From NCBI GenBank assembly GCA_964016885.1, contig OZ024741.1:320292001-320356000 (forward strand): a DNA stretch of 64,000 nt, in the 5' to 3' direction. The translations under genes were made by a program, and so were the position numbers. Positions 44,415 to 57,357 of this stretch are shown here, one piece after another (positions within the stretch are counted from its first letter, which is position 1; every line of letters begins with the position of its first letter). Under the pieces are notes generated by a model. It had not been told where the DNA came from, made no database searches, and was given only the letters and a program-made list of their open reading frames with translations. This stretch comes from Eledone cirrhosa (lineage: Eukaryota).

Positions 44415-44417
<3 letters not shown>
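41906..44417 (+). pseudogene. 5'-truncated RTE-clade LINE (partial APE + RT) with stops and frameshifts
   Basis: LLIGDFNAQIG, NEIDYI, DSDH; CNNWRGITLLS, EQAGFRKNRSC, FIDFQKAF, GVRQGCILSPLLF, DLAFADD; tail TAAGACTAAGA then (TA)n. Confidence 0.92.
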
Positions 44418-44457
<40 letters not shown>

Positions 44458-44559
44458 TATAAATCACCAATAATGCACTGGGGGTCGGTTTTATCGACTT
44501 TCCCCTCCCCTCAAAATGTCGGCCTTGCGCCTAAATCAGAAACCATTATTAGTATCATT

Positions 44560-44746
44560 GCGGATTGGCAATATCGGTAGAGAGTCGGACGCCATGCTTT
44601 CCAGCATAGTTACGTCCCTTTATAGTCTGAGTTCAAATCCCGTCGAGGTTAACTTTGCCTTTCATCCTTACGGGGTCGATAGAATAAAGTACCAGTAATG
44701 CACTGGAATAATTGCTGGCCTTGTGCCAAAAGTAGAAACAATTATT
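44560..44746 (+). mobile_element. tRNA-derived SINE, family 1
   Basis: Full head, core and tail as in 15818-16000; a diverged copy follows at ~44920-45040. Confidence 0.9.
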
Positions 44747-46356
44747 AGTATCATTATTATTTCGTGTAATTGTTAGGGGAATGTTCATTGCTGGTAGTTA
44801 AATAATATACAGACAGAGAATAAAGATAAAAGCAGAAAGCAAAAAGTAAAAATAGTCCAGAGGCCAAAATAGTAATTAGTTTTCGCATTAATGGATATGC
44901 AATATGAAAAAAGAATGCAGCGCATTGGTAGAGTCATTAGAACTTTGGATTGAATCCGTTGTGTTATTCCTTTCGACTCTCTGTACTCCCCGAGTTCAAA
45001 TCCGACGGAGGTCAACTTTGCCTTTCATCCTATCGAGGAACTAGGGTCGAATCTTCCGCTATATTTATCTCTTATTTCCTCTTTCTCTCACTCTCCTTCT
45101 CCGGAAGAAATCTGCAGCACTCAGACATGGAGAAAGATAGGCACTGCTACGTTTAAAAATGTCCTAGAAACACTATACCTCAATATGGTGCCCGTACGAC
45201 CTCTTCACGAATTACGGTGATGAAGAAGAATATAAAAAAACATAGTTATTATTAATATTACTCCGGTTCCTGGCTCCAATATAAAGGCAGATCAGCAGTA
45301 GAGAACATAATACTGGTTGACGATATCGCGTTCAGTGTTCCGATTTCTCGCGGGAAATTTAAAACCATGTAGCGGTGTAATTTAACCGAGCGGTGTTTTG
45401 CGTCGCAAATTAGCCTGCATAATTTTTGCCCTGCGTTAGAATGTCTATTTATAATTATGTTACTTAATGAATTAATGACTAAGGATCGCCGTGTCATTAG
45501 TGATGTTGGTTTTTATTCTAACTATGGATTACATAAGTAAAGTGGTGCTCAGATGTGTACACATACACATATATATACATATGCGCGTGTATGTGTGTGC
45601 GTGTGTGTATGTGTGTGTGCGTATGTGTGTGTAGGATGTATTATGAAAAATATATTTTAAAAGGCTATATTTTTTAAACACAAGAACATATAATCATAGG
45701 GCAACATGTACAATACTTTTCTAAGTATATAGTTTTATTCTTTTTTATAACTTTTATACAGTAATATTATATATTGAGCATTTGTAAAAGTTTTAAATAT
45801 AATCGAATGATTCTTTATGATACACACTTTATATATATGTGTGGGTGCGTGTGAACATTTGTATCAGGAGAATATATTGAACTCGTACCGATGAGAATTG
45901 AATACTCACTTAAGTTTAATTGATATCAAGTAATACGAAATATTTCGCACACATAAGTTTTGTATATAGAGATGTTATGAGGTTTTTAAAGATGATATCA
46001 AAGGAGTTTCCCTAGCCGTTTTTCTTCAAATTAAAACTACAATATTTGTACTAAATAAAATGTTTATAGGTACTTAGAGTGAATTTGAACATAAATAACA
46101 TATTTAACGTTGAAGATGAAATAACAGCTACGATATTTTCACTAAATATTTTTTAATGCTTGCTGGAATACCTATTCATACGCACATATATATATAGAGA
46201 TACATACGCGCGAACAGACACGCATACACACACATATACACATATATACATACATATATACACATAGAAACATACATACGCATTTACATTCATACATGCA
46301 TGCAAGCAGACATACGTATATTCATTTAAGTATATATATATATATATATATATATA

Positions 46357-46650
46357 GGCAAAGGGGATATTCAATTTGTTGGTAATTCAACAAATATAAA
46401 TGTTTATAACTGATTTAAAGCACTCGACAAGTTTTCTGGAGTATAATATTCAATGATATGAAATAAATGGAAATTATATATATAAAACAATGTTTATTCT
46501 ATTATATATATTTCCAGGGTACCAAAACTTTGGTACGCCCTCATCAGATAAAATACAAAGTTTGTTTTATAAATATTGGCATAACCAGGAAAGAAGAACT
46601 TAACGGTTAAAGTTTTTCCTGGATATATTGACGATCCAGGAAAAACTTGA
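46357..46650 (-). mobile_element. Non-coding family C terminal element with HHR; other copies at 61384-61670 and (inverted) 41680-41885
   Basis: Shared blocks TTTATAACTGAT.TAAAGCACTC and TCATCAGATAAAATA. Minus-strand TTTTAT-CTGATGA..GTACCAAA/TTTGGTAC..GAAA-TATATA-TA-ATAGAA at 46497-46553. Confidence 0.7.
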
Positions 46651-47032
46651 ATTAGGGTGGGAGTGAAAAATAGACGGCTGAGAAGAATGTAGTAGAAGAC
46701 AAGTGTTAGAGAGTCGTGGAATATTTAAATGCAAGAAGCAAAGAAAATTTCAAAGATACGAAAGATTTCCTGGTGGAAGTTCACGTGTACACCGGGTTGG
46801 TATCCAGTTTCGAGGTGAAAGTCCAATCAGAAAATCCAACGAATTTTGAGAGGTCCACGTAAGCGTTGATATATATATATGTATGTAAAAGGTAAACAGA
46901 TCATACATAAAGCGCCAGCACCAACAGTTTTGCAAGAGATGTCAACATGAATGGACCTATTATTTCTTTCTAAAGACATTTTTTTCAATTCCATCCTACC
47001 CGTCCCCTTAATCTATTTTATTTCTCATTCTT

Positions 47033-47068
47033 TCTTCTGATGAAGGACCAGCGTCCGAAACGTTAAGA
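47033..47068 (+). ncRNA. Minimal type I hammerhead ribozyme motif (PLE-type)
   Basis: TCTT-CTGATGA-A-GGAC cagc GTCC-GAAA-CG-TT-AAGA: canonical core, 4-bp stems I and II, palindromic ACGT stem III. Confidence 0.8.
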
Positions 47069-47152
47069 CTCCCTTCCTTCTATATCAAGCGTTAACCTAA
47101 TAGATACCTTCCATATACTGTACCGATTGTGTTGTTGTTTCTGTTTACCTTC

Positions 47153-47217
<65 letters not shown>

Positions 47218-47411
47218 GAAGTATTTCTGTCGGAAAGATACGGGAAAAACGAATACTCTATGTAGGCTACAGAGCTTATTAGTTATGTAATAAAGAACAT
47301 TAGATAATTATTTCATTTACCAGTGGTTTCTTTAAGGCAGATATATATATATATCTGTCTTCAGTCGTCAGCATGAATAAATAACATGGTGTTTTTATTA
47401 AATATGGATTA

Positions 47412-47473
47412 TTCATTCTGACGACTGAAGACAGATATAAATATCTGCCTTCAAGAAACCACTGGTAAATGAA
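47412..47473 (+). ncRNA. Type I hammerhead ribozyme motif; inverted twin at 47312-47377
   Basis: TTCATT-CTGACGA-C-TGAAGACAGATAT aa ATATCTGCCTTCA-A-GAAA-CCA c TGG-TA-AATGAA: 6-bp stem I, GUA site. Confidence 0.78.
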
Positions 47474-47503
47474 ATAATTATTTAATGTTGTTTATTACAT
47501 AAC

Positions 47504-47539
<36 letters not shown>

Positions 47540-47634
47540 CGTACCCATGAAACTCATACCTTATCGGTTGAAAATTCAATATACATATATATAAATGTAT
47601 ATGATATATATATACGCACACATATATGTATATA

Positions 47635-47704
<70 letters not shown>

Positions 47705-47848
47705 AAAATGTTTAACCTCGACGGCAGAGCTCAAGCCGTTTCGATGGTTATTTCTGAGTCCAGAAATAGCCGTTATGGTCCATCTGGTTCCTTACCATAC
47801 TTCCTTCGTTATATATATATACTTATTTATTTAGTCATACATATGTCT

Positions 47849-48155
47849 GAAGGCGCGTGACTAAGAAGTCAGGTTATTAGATTCAAGATCGTAAAGTCGT
47901 GAGTTCGATTGTCTGTGGTGCGATGTGCTTGGACAAGACACTGTATTTCCCGTTACTCCAATCCACTGTACCTGTAATTCGATAGGAGCAGCCATATCAC
48001 ACACTATGTCATGCCAAATGTCCGTGCGAATTGTGTTAAGAATACTCATGTCTGTGGAATACTGACACACTTGCAAGTTAATTTCACGTAGTGTTTGTTC
48101 TGTTAATCGTATCAAGTGGAACATTCGACGTTGTAGCCGTCGGAATGCCAGTTTA
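47849..48155 (+). mobile_element. tRNA-derived SINE, third family
   Basis: GGCGCGTGACTAAGAAG head, GAGTTCGATT B-box, CTTGGACAAGACACTGTATTTC body. Confidence 0.65.
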
Positions 48156-48238
48156 ATGTGTCTGTACACACAGACACATACACACGCACACACACACACA
48201 CACACACACGCATACATATATATATATATGTGTGTGTT

Positions 48239-48310
<72 letters not shown>

Positions 48311-48370
48311 ATATATATATATATATATACCTATGCGTGTGCAGGCATGTGAACGTACATGTATATATGT

Positions 48371-49141
48371 AGTATCGGTAGAAGGTCGGACATGCTTTCC
48401 AGCGTAGTTAAGTCCATTTACGATCTGAGTTCAAATCCCGCCGAGGTTAACTTTGCCTTTCATCCTTACGGGATCGATAAAATAAAGTACCAGTAATGTA
48501 CTGGTGATTTGCTGGCCTTCTGCCAAAAGTAGAAACAATTATTATTATTAATTTCATACATGTATATGTAATAATTGTTTCTACTTTTGGCACAAGGCTA
48601 GCAGTTAACCAGTGCATTACTGGTACTTTATTTTATCGACCCCGTAAGTATGAAAGGCAAAGTGAACCTCGGCGGGATTTGAACTCAGATCGTAAAGGAA
48701 CGTATCTATGCTGGAAAGCATGGCGCCCGACCCTCTACCGATACTGCCAATCCACCGATGTATATGTAATAATGATATATATTTATACATATGATATATG
48801 TATATATATATATATTTCATTATCATTATTAATTTCAATAAGGTTAACTTTGCCTTTCATCTTTACAGGATCGATAAAATAAAGTACCAGTAATGTACTG
48901 AGTAATTACTGGCCTTGTGCCAAAAGTAGAAACAATTATTAATTTCAATAAGGCGGTGAATTGGCAGTATCGGTAGAGGGTCGGACGCCATGCTTTCCAG
49001 CATAGTTATGTTCCTTTACGGTTTGAGTTCAAATCCCGTCGAGGTTAACTTTGCCTTTCATCCTTACGGGGTCGATAAAATCAAGTACCAGTAATGTATT
49101 GGGTAATTGCTGGCCTTGTTCCAGAAGTAGAAACAATTATT
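48371..49141. mobile_element. Cluster of four family 1 SINE copies (+, -, + partial, +)
   Basis: Copies at ~48371-48543 (+), 48570-48756 (-), 48841-48940 (+, headless) and 48951-49141 (+). Confidence 0.9.
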
Positions 49142-50260
49142 AATTTCAATGTTTTACTTTTTGAGGTTTAAAATATAATTTACTGCTATATTTATTGTAT
49201 AAATCTGAAAATATTTACATCAAAGACATGTTAAAATGATTACCTTTCCTTTACGCGACAAAAATTTGTCGAGCTGCTAATAACCACGCAGAAATATATA
49301 TGATGGCTGCAAACTCTGCTAAGAATATTGCAATCGCTTGTCAGATTATAGAATTTGGTGCACCTTTAGGCTACCGCCAGCCATACGAGCCTGTGACATA
49401 TCTTGAACAAGCAATGTCTGTGCTTTGAAGGGTTTTTAAGTGGGAAAAGGCCTTGCACTCGACCAATCCCACTCTCTCGAAAACACTACCCGAAAAGGAG
49501 AACTGGTCAACATCACAGGTGCTTCCGACGCAGCTTCTTTTTCAGAGTTTCCCTCTCCTAGAAAGGTGTTCTGACAACAATTGAGGGCCTTTCCCTCCCA
49601 GGTCAAATTAGTTAAAAATAAATAAATATATATATATATATATATAAAGAGAGAGTAATATAAAGGTGTGTGTGTGTTTGTATTTCTGTGGGTTTATAAT
49701 TGCACATCCCCCGCACACATATACACACGCGCTCATGCACACATAAATATATATATGTCACTGATCGGTAAGACGTAAGGAACGCTTTGTTTGTATGTGT
49801 ACTCATATGTGTTTAAAATAGTTGACACATACCTACTAGTTCAGCTTTTGTCATTCCCTAAGCTGGTCACTTCGCGCATGCACTCTCACTCTCACACATA
49901 GACAACAGTACAACTTTGTAAATACAAACACAACACACACTTATTCAACTTTCTCAATTTATCTATATTTATCTCCTTTTGATCCACGAGTCTTGTTTGA
50001 AAATACTGTCTTCTAAAATGATGGATATTCTACAAAGCTGTTTTCCTTTGGAAACATATTTTTGGCCTCTTTTATTTCTTATTCTACTCTATTCCTTTTC
50101 ATCATTCTCTCATTCTATCGTTCGATACAAAAACCAATCATATGAAAACGTTAAAACAGTTTGGTACTATATCAAGCGTTAAAATAATATATATATCATC
50201 ATTGGATTGCATCGTTATCGAGCGTTTATCCTTGTTTATTTTAGTCATACATAAATATAT

Positions 50261-50293
<33 letters not shown>

Positions 50294-51037
50294 AATGTGA
50301 GTGCCTGCATGTGCGCGTGTGTGTATGTATGTCACCAGTTCTTTGACAAAACAACACCATACTGGATTGAGCATATCAAAAGATCGAAAAAACAGCTGTA
50401 AACTTTATTCCAACATTATGTTTTTTCTGCTTTTTCTGTTCAAGTTCTAGCTGTCTGATGAAGTCATAGCTGTTGCATAATGGTTATCACCAAAATATAT
50501 ATAACAGCGATTATGGATAAACAAAATTGATCTTAACCTGTTAACTTACACTTCTTGTTTATATATATATATAAACAAGAAGTGTTATATATATATTAGT
50601 GATATATATGTATAACTGAGTCCTGTGATATAATATTCCAGGTGTTAATACATGAGTATTTTACAGGTTCTAATAATTTCTAAATGAACATGTTATACAT
50701 GTTGAGAATACTATTCAGTAAGCAGCTCTTCATTAATAACTCCACAAGTTTGATTTTAGTAACAAAAAGTGAAAACCCCCCCTATCATCTAATTATACAG
50801 CTTGGAAACTACTGTGTGGTTTAACTCTTCATTGATCATTCAGGACCAAGTGTGTTAGGTCAAATTAGATGGATACTTTACTTTTGTGGGAGTTCGTATT
50901 TGATTTGGTTTAATCTTAATGTATTTACACACGTATATAGGTGCTCATTTTTATATAATTTGTTATTTGTGTAACAATATACAAATGGTGTAATACAGTA
51001 GAAAGTCTACATGAGCATTTGGTGTGATATTGGTTCC

Positions 51038-51237
51038 NNNNNNNNNNNNNNNNNNNNNNNNNNNNNNNNNNNNNNNNNNNNNNNNNNNNNNNNNNNNNNN
51101 NNNNNNNNNNNNNNNNNNNNNNNNNNNNNNNNNNNNNNNNNNNNNNNNNNNNNNNNNNNNNNNNNNNNNNNNNNNNNNNNNNNNNNNNNNNNNNNNNNNN
51201 NNNNNNNNNNNNNNNNNNNNNNNNNNNNNNNNNNNNN
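51038..51237. other. Assembly gap (200 N)
   Basis: Exactly 200 Ns; probably a fixed-length scaffolding spacer, so true distance is unknown. Confidence 0.98.
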
Positions 51238-51634
51238 CAGATATCTCTCTCAACGCCCACCATATTAGGGTCTCCCTGTCTCTAACCTCCCCACATCATT
51301 ATCCAGATATCTCTCTCAACACTCACCATATTCCACTCCCAATGTCTCTCTAGCTTCCTTCCATCTTTGCTCAGATTTCTCCATCAGCTGTCGCCTCCCA
51401 TTCAACTCACATTCAAGTTTTCAACTAAATTTTATTATGCTAGAACTTTAACCAGCAATTTACCAATCATATACTGCAACCTATATAACATCTGAGCTAA
51501 CGATTATGTTGGACAACATATTATTTCTATTGAATATCGTGTTGAAATAGTTGTTACATTAATAATTATTTTAGGCCTAATTATTGTCGTAATTGCCAAT
51601 GTTATCGTTAGCCTCATCAACACCATCTCACAAA

Positions 51635-51921
51635 TCATCATCATCATCACATCTTCAACATCACCATTATCGTCATCGTCGTCGTCATCATCATCATCAT
51701 CATCATCATAATCATCATCATCATCACCACTACCATTATCGTCATCATCGGTATCACCATCATCATCATCATCATCATCATCGCTATCATCATCGTTATC
51801 ATCATCGCTATCATCATCATTATCATCGCTATCATCATCATTGTCATCGTCATCGCCATTATTGTCATCATCACTATCAGCAGCAGCATCGCTATCATCA
51901 TCATCATCATCATCATCATCA
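51635..51921. repeat. Imperfect (CAT)n trinucleotide microsatellite
   Basis: CAT/CGT/TAT/CAC units; yields the poly-His and poly-Met ORFs. Confidence 0.95.
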
Positions 51922-52102
51922 TTAACACAACGGTATTTCTAGTATTTTTGCCATCTGTTATTCCCGGTGTGACTGTTGTTACATTTGATGTCTCCAAACA
52001 CAAATCATAATAACAAATACAAATTAATAATGGCACCAGCAATAATAACAATAACAATAACAATAAAGTTAATACAACTATTATTAGTATTGACGTTTTC
52101 AA

Positions 52103-52296
52103 GGGGCGGTGGATTGGCAGTATCGGTAGAGGGTCGGACGTCATGCTTTGACGCATAGAGTTACGGCCCTTGCCATTCTAAGTTCAAATCCCGCCGAGAT
52201 TAACTTTGCCTTTCATCCTTACGGGGGTCGATAAAATATAGTACCAGTAATCCACTGTGTATTTGCTGTCCTTGTGCCAAAAGTAGAAACAATTAT
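52103..52296 (+). mobile_element. tRNA-derived SINE, family 1
   Basis: GGCGGTGGATTGGCAGTATCGG head, core and tail. Confidence 0.9.
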
Positions 52297-52638
52297 GTTA
52301 TAGGAAATTATGTTATATGAAATTTTTGTTTGAACATTATTCAATATTTTAGATATTTTCTTCTTTTGTATTTAGTCTTGTTATATTTTCTGAAATGATT
52401 TACGCCGAATGACGAATATAACTAAAATTCATAGAGAGATAAATAAATACATTGCTTAATTATGTTAGTGATGTTTAGTGTGAAAGGTCACTTTCTAAAT
52501 AGGTTTTATTTCCTGAGTGACTAATGCTACTTACTAATTGTTGTATCACAATCACACGCTTTCACACACCTGCATACACAGGTATATGGTATATATATAC
52601 ACGTGTATACATAAATACATAAACACACACACACACAC

Positions 52639-52683
<45 letters not shown>

Positions 52684-53214
52684 AAGCCGTGAATAGAGAC
52701 ACATACACACATTCACACACACACATTCACACATTCACACACACACACATACACAGATACACTCTCACACACACACACATATATATATATACATACATAG
52801 AGATAGAGACGAAAATACAGACACATACATAAACACAAACACACATACACACATTCATCCACACTAACACACACACACACGCACACGCACACACACATAT
52901 TTGTATGTGTATATAGATATACATAGAGATAGAGACACATATATAGGCGCGCACACAATTATAAATACGTATAAGTTTATACTGATATTTACTCAAGTAC
53001 AGTGGCATTGTGGGAGAAAAATACACTCACAAATACACAAATGCACAAAAATAGATAGATATATTTGTATATACGTACACACTTTAATATAAAATTATAC
53101 GCATATAATGACATTAACATACAGAAATATAGACACAAGCATGAAGATAAATATGGTTATACCAGCAGAAATATATGCAATATATATATGCATATATATA
53201 TATATATATATATA

Positions 53215-53402
53215 TAATTGTTCCTACTTTTGGCACAAGGCCAGCAAATACTCAGTGCATTACTGGTACTTTATTTTATCGACCCCGTAAGGATGAAAGG
53301 CAAAGTTAACCTCGGCGGTATTTGAACTCAGAATGGCAAGGGCCGTAACTCTATATGTCAAAGCATGGCGTCCGACCCTCTACCGATACTGCCAATCCGC
53401 CA
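53215..53402 (-). mobile_element. tRNA-derived SINE, family 1
   Basis: Reverse complement of the 52103-52296 copy. Confidence 0.9.
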
Positions 53403-53418
53403 ATTATATATATATACA

Positions 53419-53449
<31 letters not shown>

Positions 53450-53469
53450 TAACGCTGAGTGTTGTGTGT

Positions 53470-53990
53470 ATTATGTATGTATGTATCCTACACACCTCCC
53501 TATAATTTCTTACCTTTACTCTCTCCGTCGCTCTTCCCTCTCTCTATAATAGAGCATTCCCCCTCTCTATAATTTAACTCTTTTACTCTCTCTTGACTCT
53601 CAAATATTATAAAACTGAGCGTCGTCTCTCTCTCTCCCTCTTTCACCCTCTCTATAATTTAACTGCTTTACTCTCTGTCTTCCTTTACTCTCTATATGAC
53701 AACCCTCTTTTACTTTCCGTAGAGATGAGCGTCGTATGTAAATTCGGTCAACACGTATGTATCCTACACACCTCCCTATAGTTTCTTAGCTTTACTCTCT
53801 CTGTCGCTCTTCCCTCTCTCTATAATAGATCATCCCCCCTCTCTATAATTTAAATGCTTTACTCTCTCTGTCGCTCTTCACTCTCTAATATTATAAAGCT
53901 GAGCGTCGTCTCTCTCTCTCTCTCCCTCTTTCACCCTCTCTATAATTTAACTGCTTTACTCTCTGTCTCTCTTCACTCTCTATATGACAG
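53470..53990. repeat. Degenerate pyrimidine-rich tandem repeat (CTCTCTATAATTTAACTGCTTTACTCTCT-like units)
   Basis: Motif recurs ~6 times and again at ~54600-54650. Confidence 0.75.
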
Positions 53991-54100
53991 TAGGTAATAC
54001 ATACATCAAAAGGCAACCCTTTCAGAGAGACAGAGAGTGAGAGAGACAGATTAGGAAAACTACACACACACATCTAAAGAGAAAGAGAGGAGAGAGGAGA

Positions 54101-54214
<114 letters not shown>

Positions 54215-54312
54215 TACAAATATCATAATATAATGGTTGCAAAACGAAAATACAGACAAATATAATAATGTATGTATCCCACACACTTTTTCTGTCTGTC
54301 GTCGTTCGCATA

Positions 54313-54410
<98 letters not shown>

Positions 54411-54556
54411 TTTCACACCTGATTTCGCCAATTACGGGATATCAAAACAAAACACACAGACACACACACACATACACAAACACACATACATATACAAAAA
54501 CACAAACACACACGCATATCTTTACTTTATAGTATGTATGTATGTATGTATGTATG

Positions 54557-54587
<31 letters not shown>

Positions 54588-54730
54588 GATCATTCCCCCT
54601 CCCTATAATTTAACTGCATTACTCTCTCTGTCGCTCTTCACTCTCTATATGACAACACTGTTTTAGTTTCCGTATCTCCCTTCAATATACACAGCTAGTA
54701 TATATATATATCCTTCAATATACACAGCTA

Positions 54731-54780
<50 letters not shown>

Positions 54781-54786
<6 letters not shown>

Positions 54787-55200
54787 ATACTTTGGGAGGG
54801 TCATGTTGCCAATAAGAAACACACGCACCAGTTGCTTTCACTTCAATTTATTATATATTTATAAATTTATAAATTTACAAATCTACAAAGGACAGAAGAA
54901 AGGAAAGGCACAGAAACAAAGAAAGGAATCCCCAGTCACTGAAGAGGTCATAGAGTGTGTGACGAAAGGACTATGACTATATATAAACAACTATCTGGTT
55001 GTGGAACCAACCAACCAACCAGAAATTTATAAGTTTGTAGATTTGTAAATTTATAAATTTATAAATATATAATAAATTGAAGTGAAAGCAACTGGTGCGT
55101 GTGTTTCTTATTGGCATTATGACCCTCCCAAAGTATAACAATATGCGTTTCAACACACGATTTCAGATAAAGAATCTTGCTAAACAAATTCAGAAACGAA
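54781..55200. mobile_element. Fold-back PLE family B-related terminal remnant
   Basis: 54781-54889 is nearly the reverse complement of ~55032-55143; (TA)n flanks. Confidence 0.75.
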
Positions 55201-56315
55201 ATATATATATATATATATATATATATAGCAATAATAATAAAATTGAAGACTAAAATCCAAAGAGGGCTCGATAAGGAAAATATATATCAAATATATAAGA
55301 ACCGTAGAGCAAATATTTATTAAAATAACAGATTAAAGTTTAAGCAAAGAATCGCTGCTTTCACCCTTAACGGGATCTTCTGAAACTAACAAAGTCAATC
55401 TGTAAACGCAGAACTGGATATTTCAAAAAACGTTGCAACCGGAGGAAGACAGGAAGACGATACTTTGGTTCGTGGTAACGTTCGCTGGCAAAGAACGGGG
55501 AAAAACGAATAATACGTCATTAATAGGAGCGGTGAAAAACAATTACGCGCAAAGACAAAACCACGTTTATGGTATAAAAGAGGTCGTAGACTAATGTTCT
55601 CTTAGGTGGTGCATAGAGACGTTCTCTGTCAATGAACGAAAAAACGAAGATAATAAGTCATATGTGGAGCGTGGAGAACAAAAGCACGCAAAGACAAAAC
55701 CACGTAAATGGTATAGCAGAAGTCGTAGACTAAAATTCTAACTAGGAGACCAAATGAATCTCCGCTACAGAGTTAAGAACAAAGTAAATAAATACAATAC
55801 AGAAGTAATAGAAACAAATAAATACATACACGCAAACAGATACGTACATACATAAGCATACGCAAAACCTTACCATAGGTATACAAAACCACGCACATAT
55901 AAATATGTGTGTGTGTGTATGCTTGTGTACAAATAAATAAATAATTATATAAACGTATATAAGTAAATAAATACGTATATAACAAGCGCACACACATACC
56001 TACACATAAATACACGAATGTTCGGAGACGTAAGTCAACTAAAACAAGAAGTACACATATACACACACCCACCATACGTACGAACCTGCATACTCACTCG
56101 GACGCAAAACTCCCGTATACACATAGCCAAACCCAAAATCCAGAATATGTAAAAAGGATACGCCATTACAGTCAAATATAACGTACGAGAAGGTATACAT
56201 ACCTTCACAAAACATATGGGTAATATATACTTACCTATGCAAATAAGTAAAGGAATAAACAAAACATATACATGGCTCTCACATCAAGACGTAAAATATC
56301 CACGTATAGATCGTG

Positions 56316-57311
56316 CTATCCGTTAGGGTATAACGTGGGGCTGTAATACAGGAAAGTTTTGTGCAATTTATGTTTACAAGCCGAAATTGCCTCAGATTTT
56401 TTGTTTAAGATGTGGTCTGTGGCGTAGAGTATTTCCAGGGCCTCAGCGGCGCAGAGGTCACATGGTCTTTTATTTCCGTTATACGATCTAGCCCTAGCTA
56501 GGAACTCCCAGTGTAACTTATATTGGGTGTGGTTGTCTTTTAGACTCCAGATATAAGCTGAAAGTGACGTCATATTCCTTCTTAGAGGGTAACGAAAAGA
56601 ATGGGTATGCATGTAAAGACGCTGCTTGAAACTATTGGCGGTTAACTCTATGTAAGCCCTACGGGACGTGGGTGTTACAACCTTACATTTGTAGACAATG
56701 TTACTAGAGAGGCATTTCCCGGATAGGGGGCAATCAGCCCGATTCCTACAATTACAGTTAGTACTAACTACAGGGTTGCACGTGTTCCTACGGATAGGTA
56801 GTTTAGCTAAATTTGAAGCTGTGATGTTATGTGCAAGGTTAGGAGTCGTAGAGTAAGAAATTTTAATAGTATTTCTATTAAAAATTTTACTATATTTATG
56901 TGTAGGGGGAAAATGCTTCGTAATAAGGGAAAGAAAGATCTTAGCTAATGGTGTGGCCACCTCCATATTATATGGTGGGTTAAACCAACAAATGCGACGG
57001 GATCTATTTTTTCTAGGTCTATTTTCATACTCTGTATATGCTACCTTATCGACAAATCCACTTCGAGCAAGAGCTTCATTGTAATAAGTGGAATGGTCGT
57101 TGAAAATGCGCTCGTTGGTGGAAAGACGGGAAAGCCTCAACGAAACGTTTCTTACCAGGTTCTTGGTTATGCTGGCAGGATGGTTGGAATGCTTACTTAT
57201 GTAATTAAGCGTATCATTCGGCTTTCTATACGGGTAATACAACCCATTCAATAAATTGAGGGTAACGTCGAGGTAATTATGTAGTAGTTGATGGTAAGTA
57301 CTGCGCTCCAC
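56316..57311 (-). pseudogene. PLE family A ORF, internally deleted copy (RT thumb + CxC linker + GIY-YIG)
   Basis: ERSTYHQLLHN fused directly to YLDVTLN; RT motifs A-C absent. Confidence 0.85.
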
Positions 57312-57357
57312 TTTATATAGGTTGCCAGTACTGCGCTCAACTTGATACCTATATCAA

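Noticed and set aside
50452-50530. CTGATGA followed by a stem as a hammerhead (similar partial cases at ~10800, ~12320, ~14660, ~22745)
   Set aside because: One core box or stem I is missing; too degenerate to separate from chance.
51593-52156. Poly-His and poly-Met proteins
   Set aside because: (CAT)n microsatellite read in two directions.
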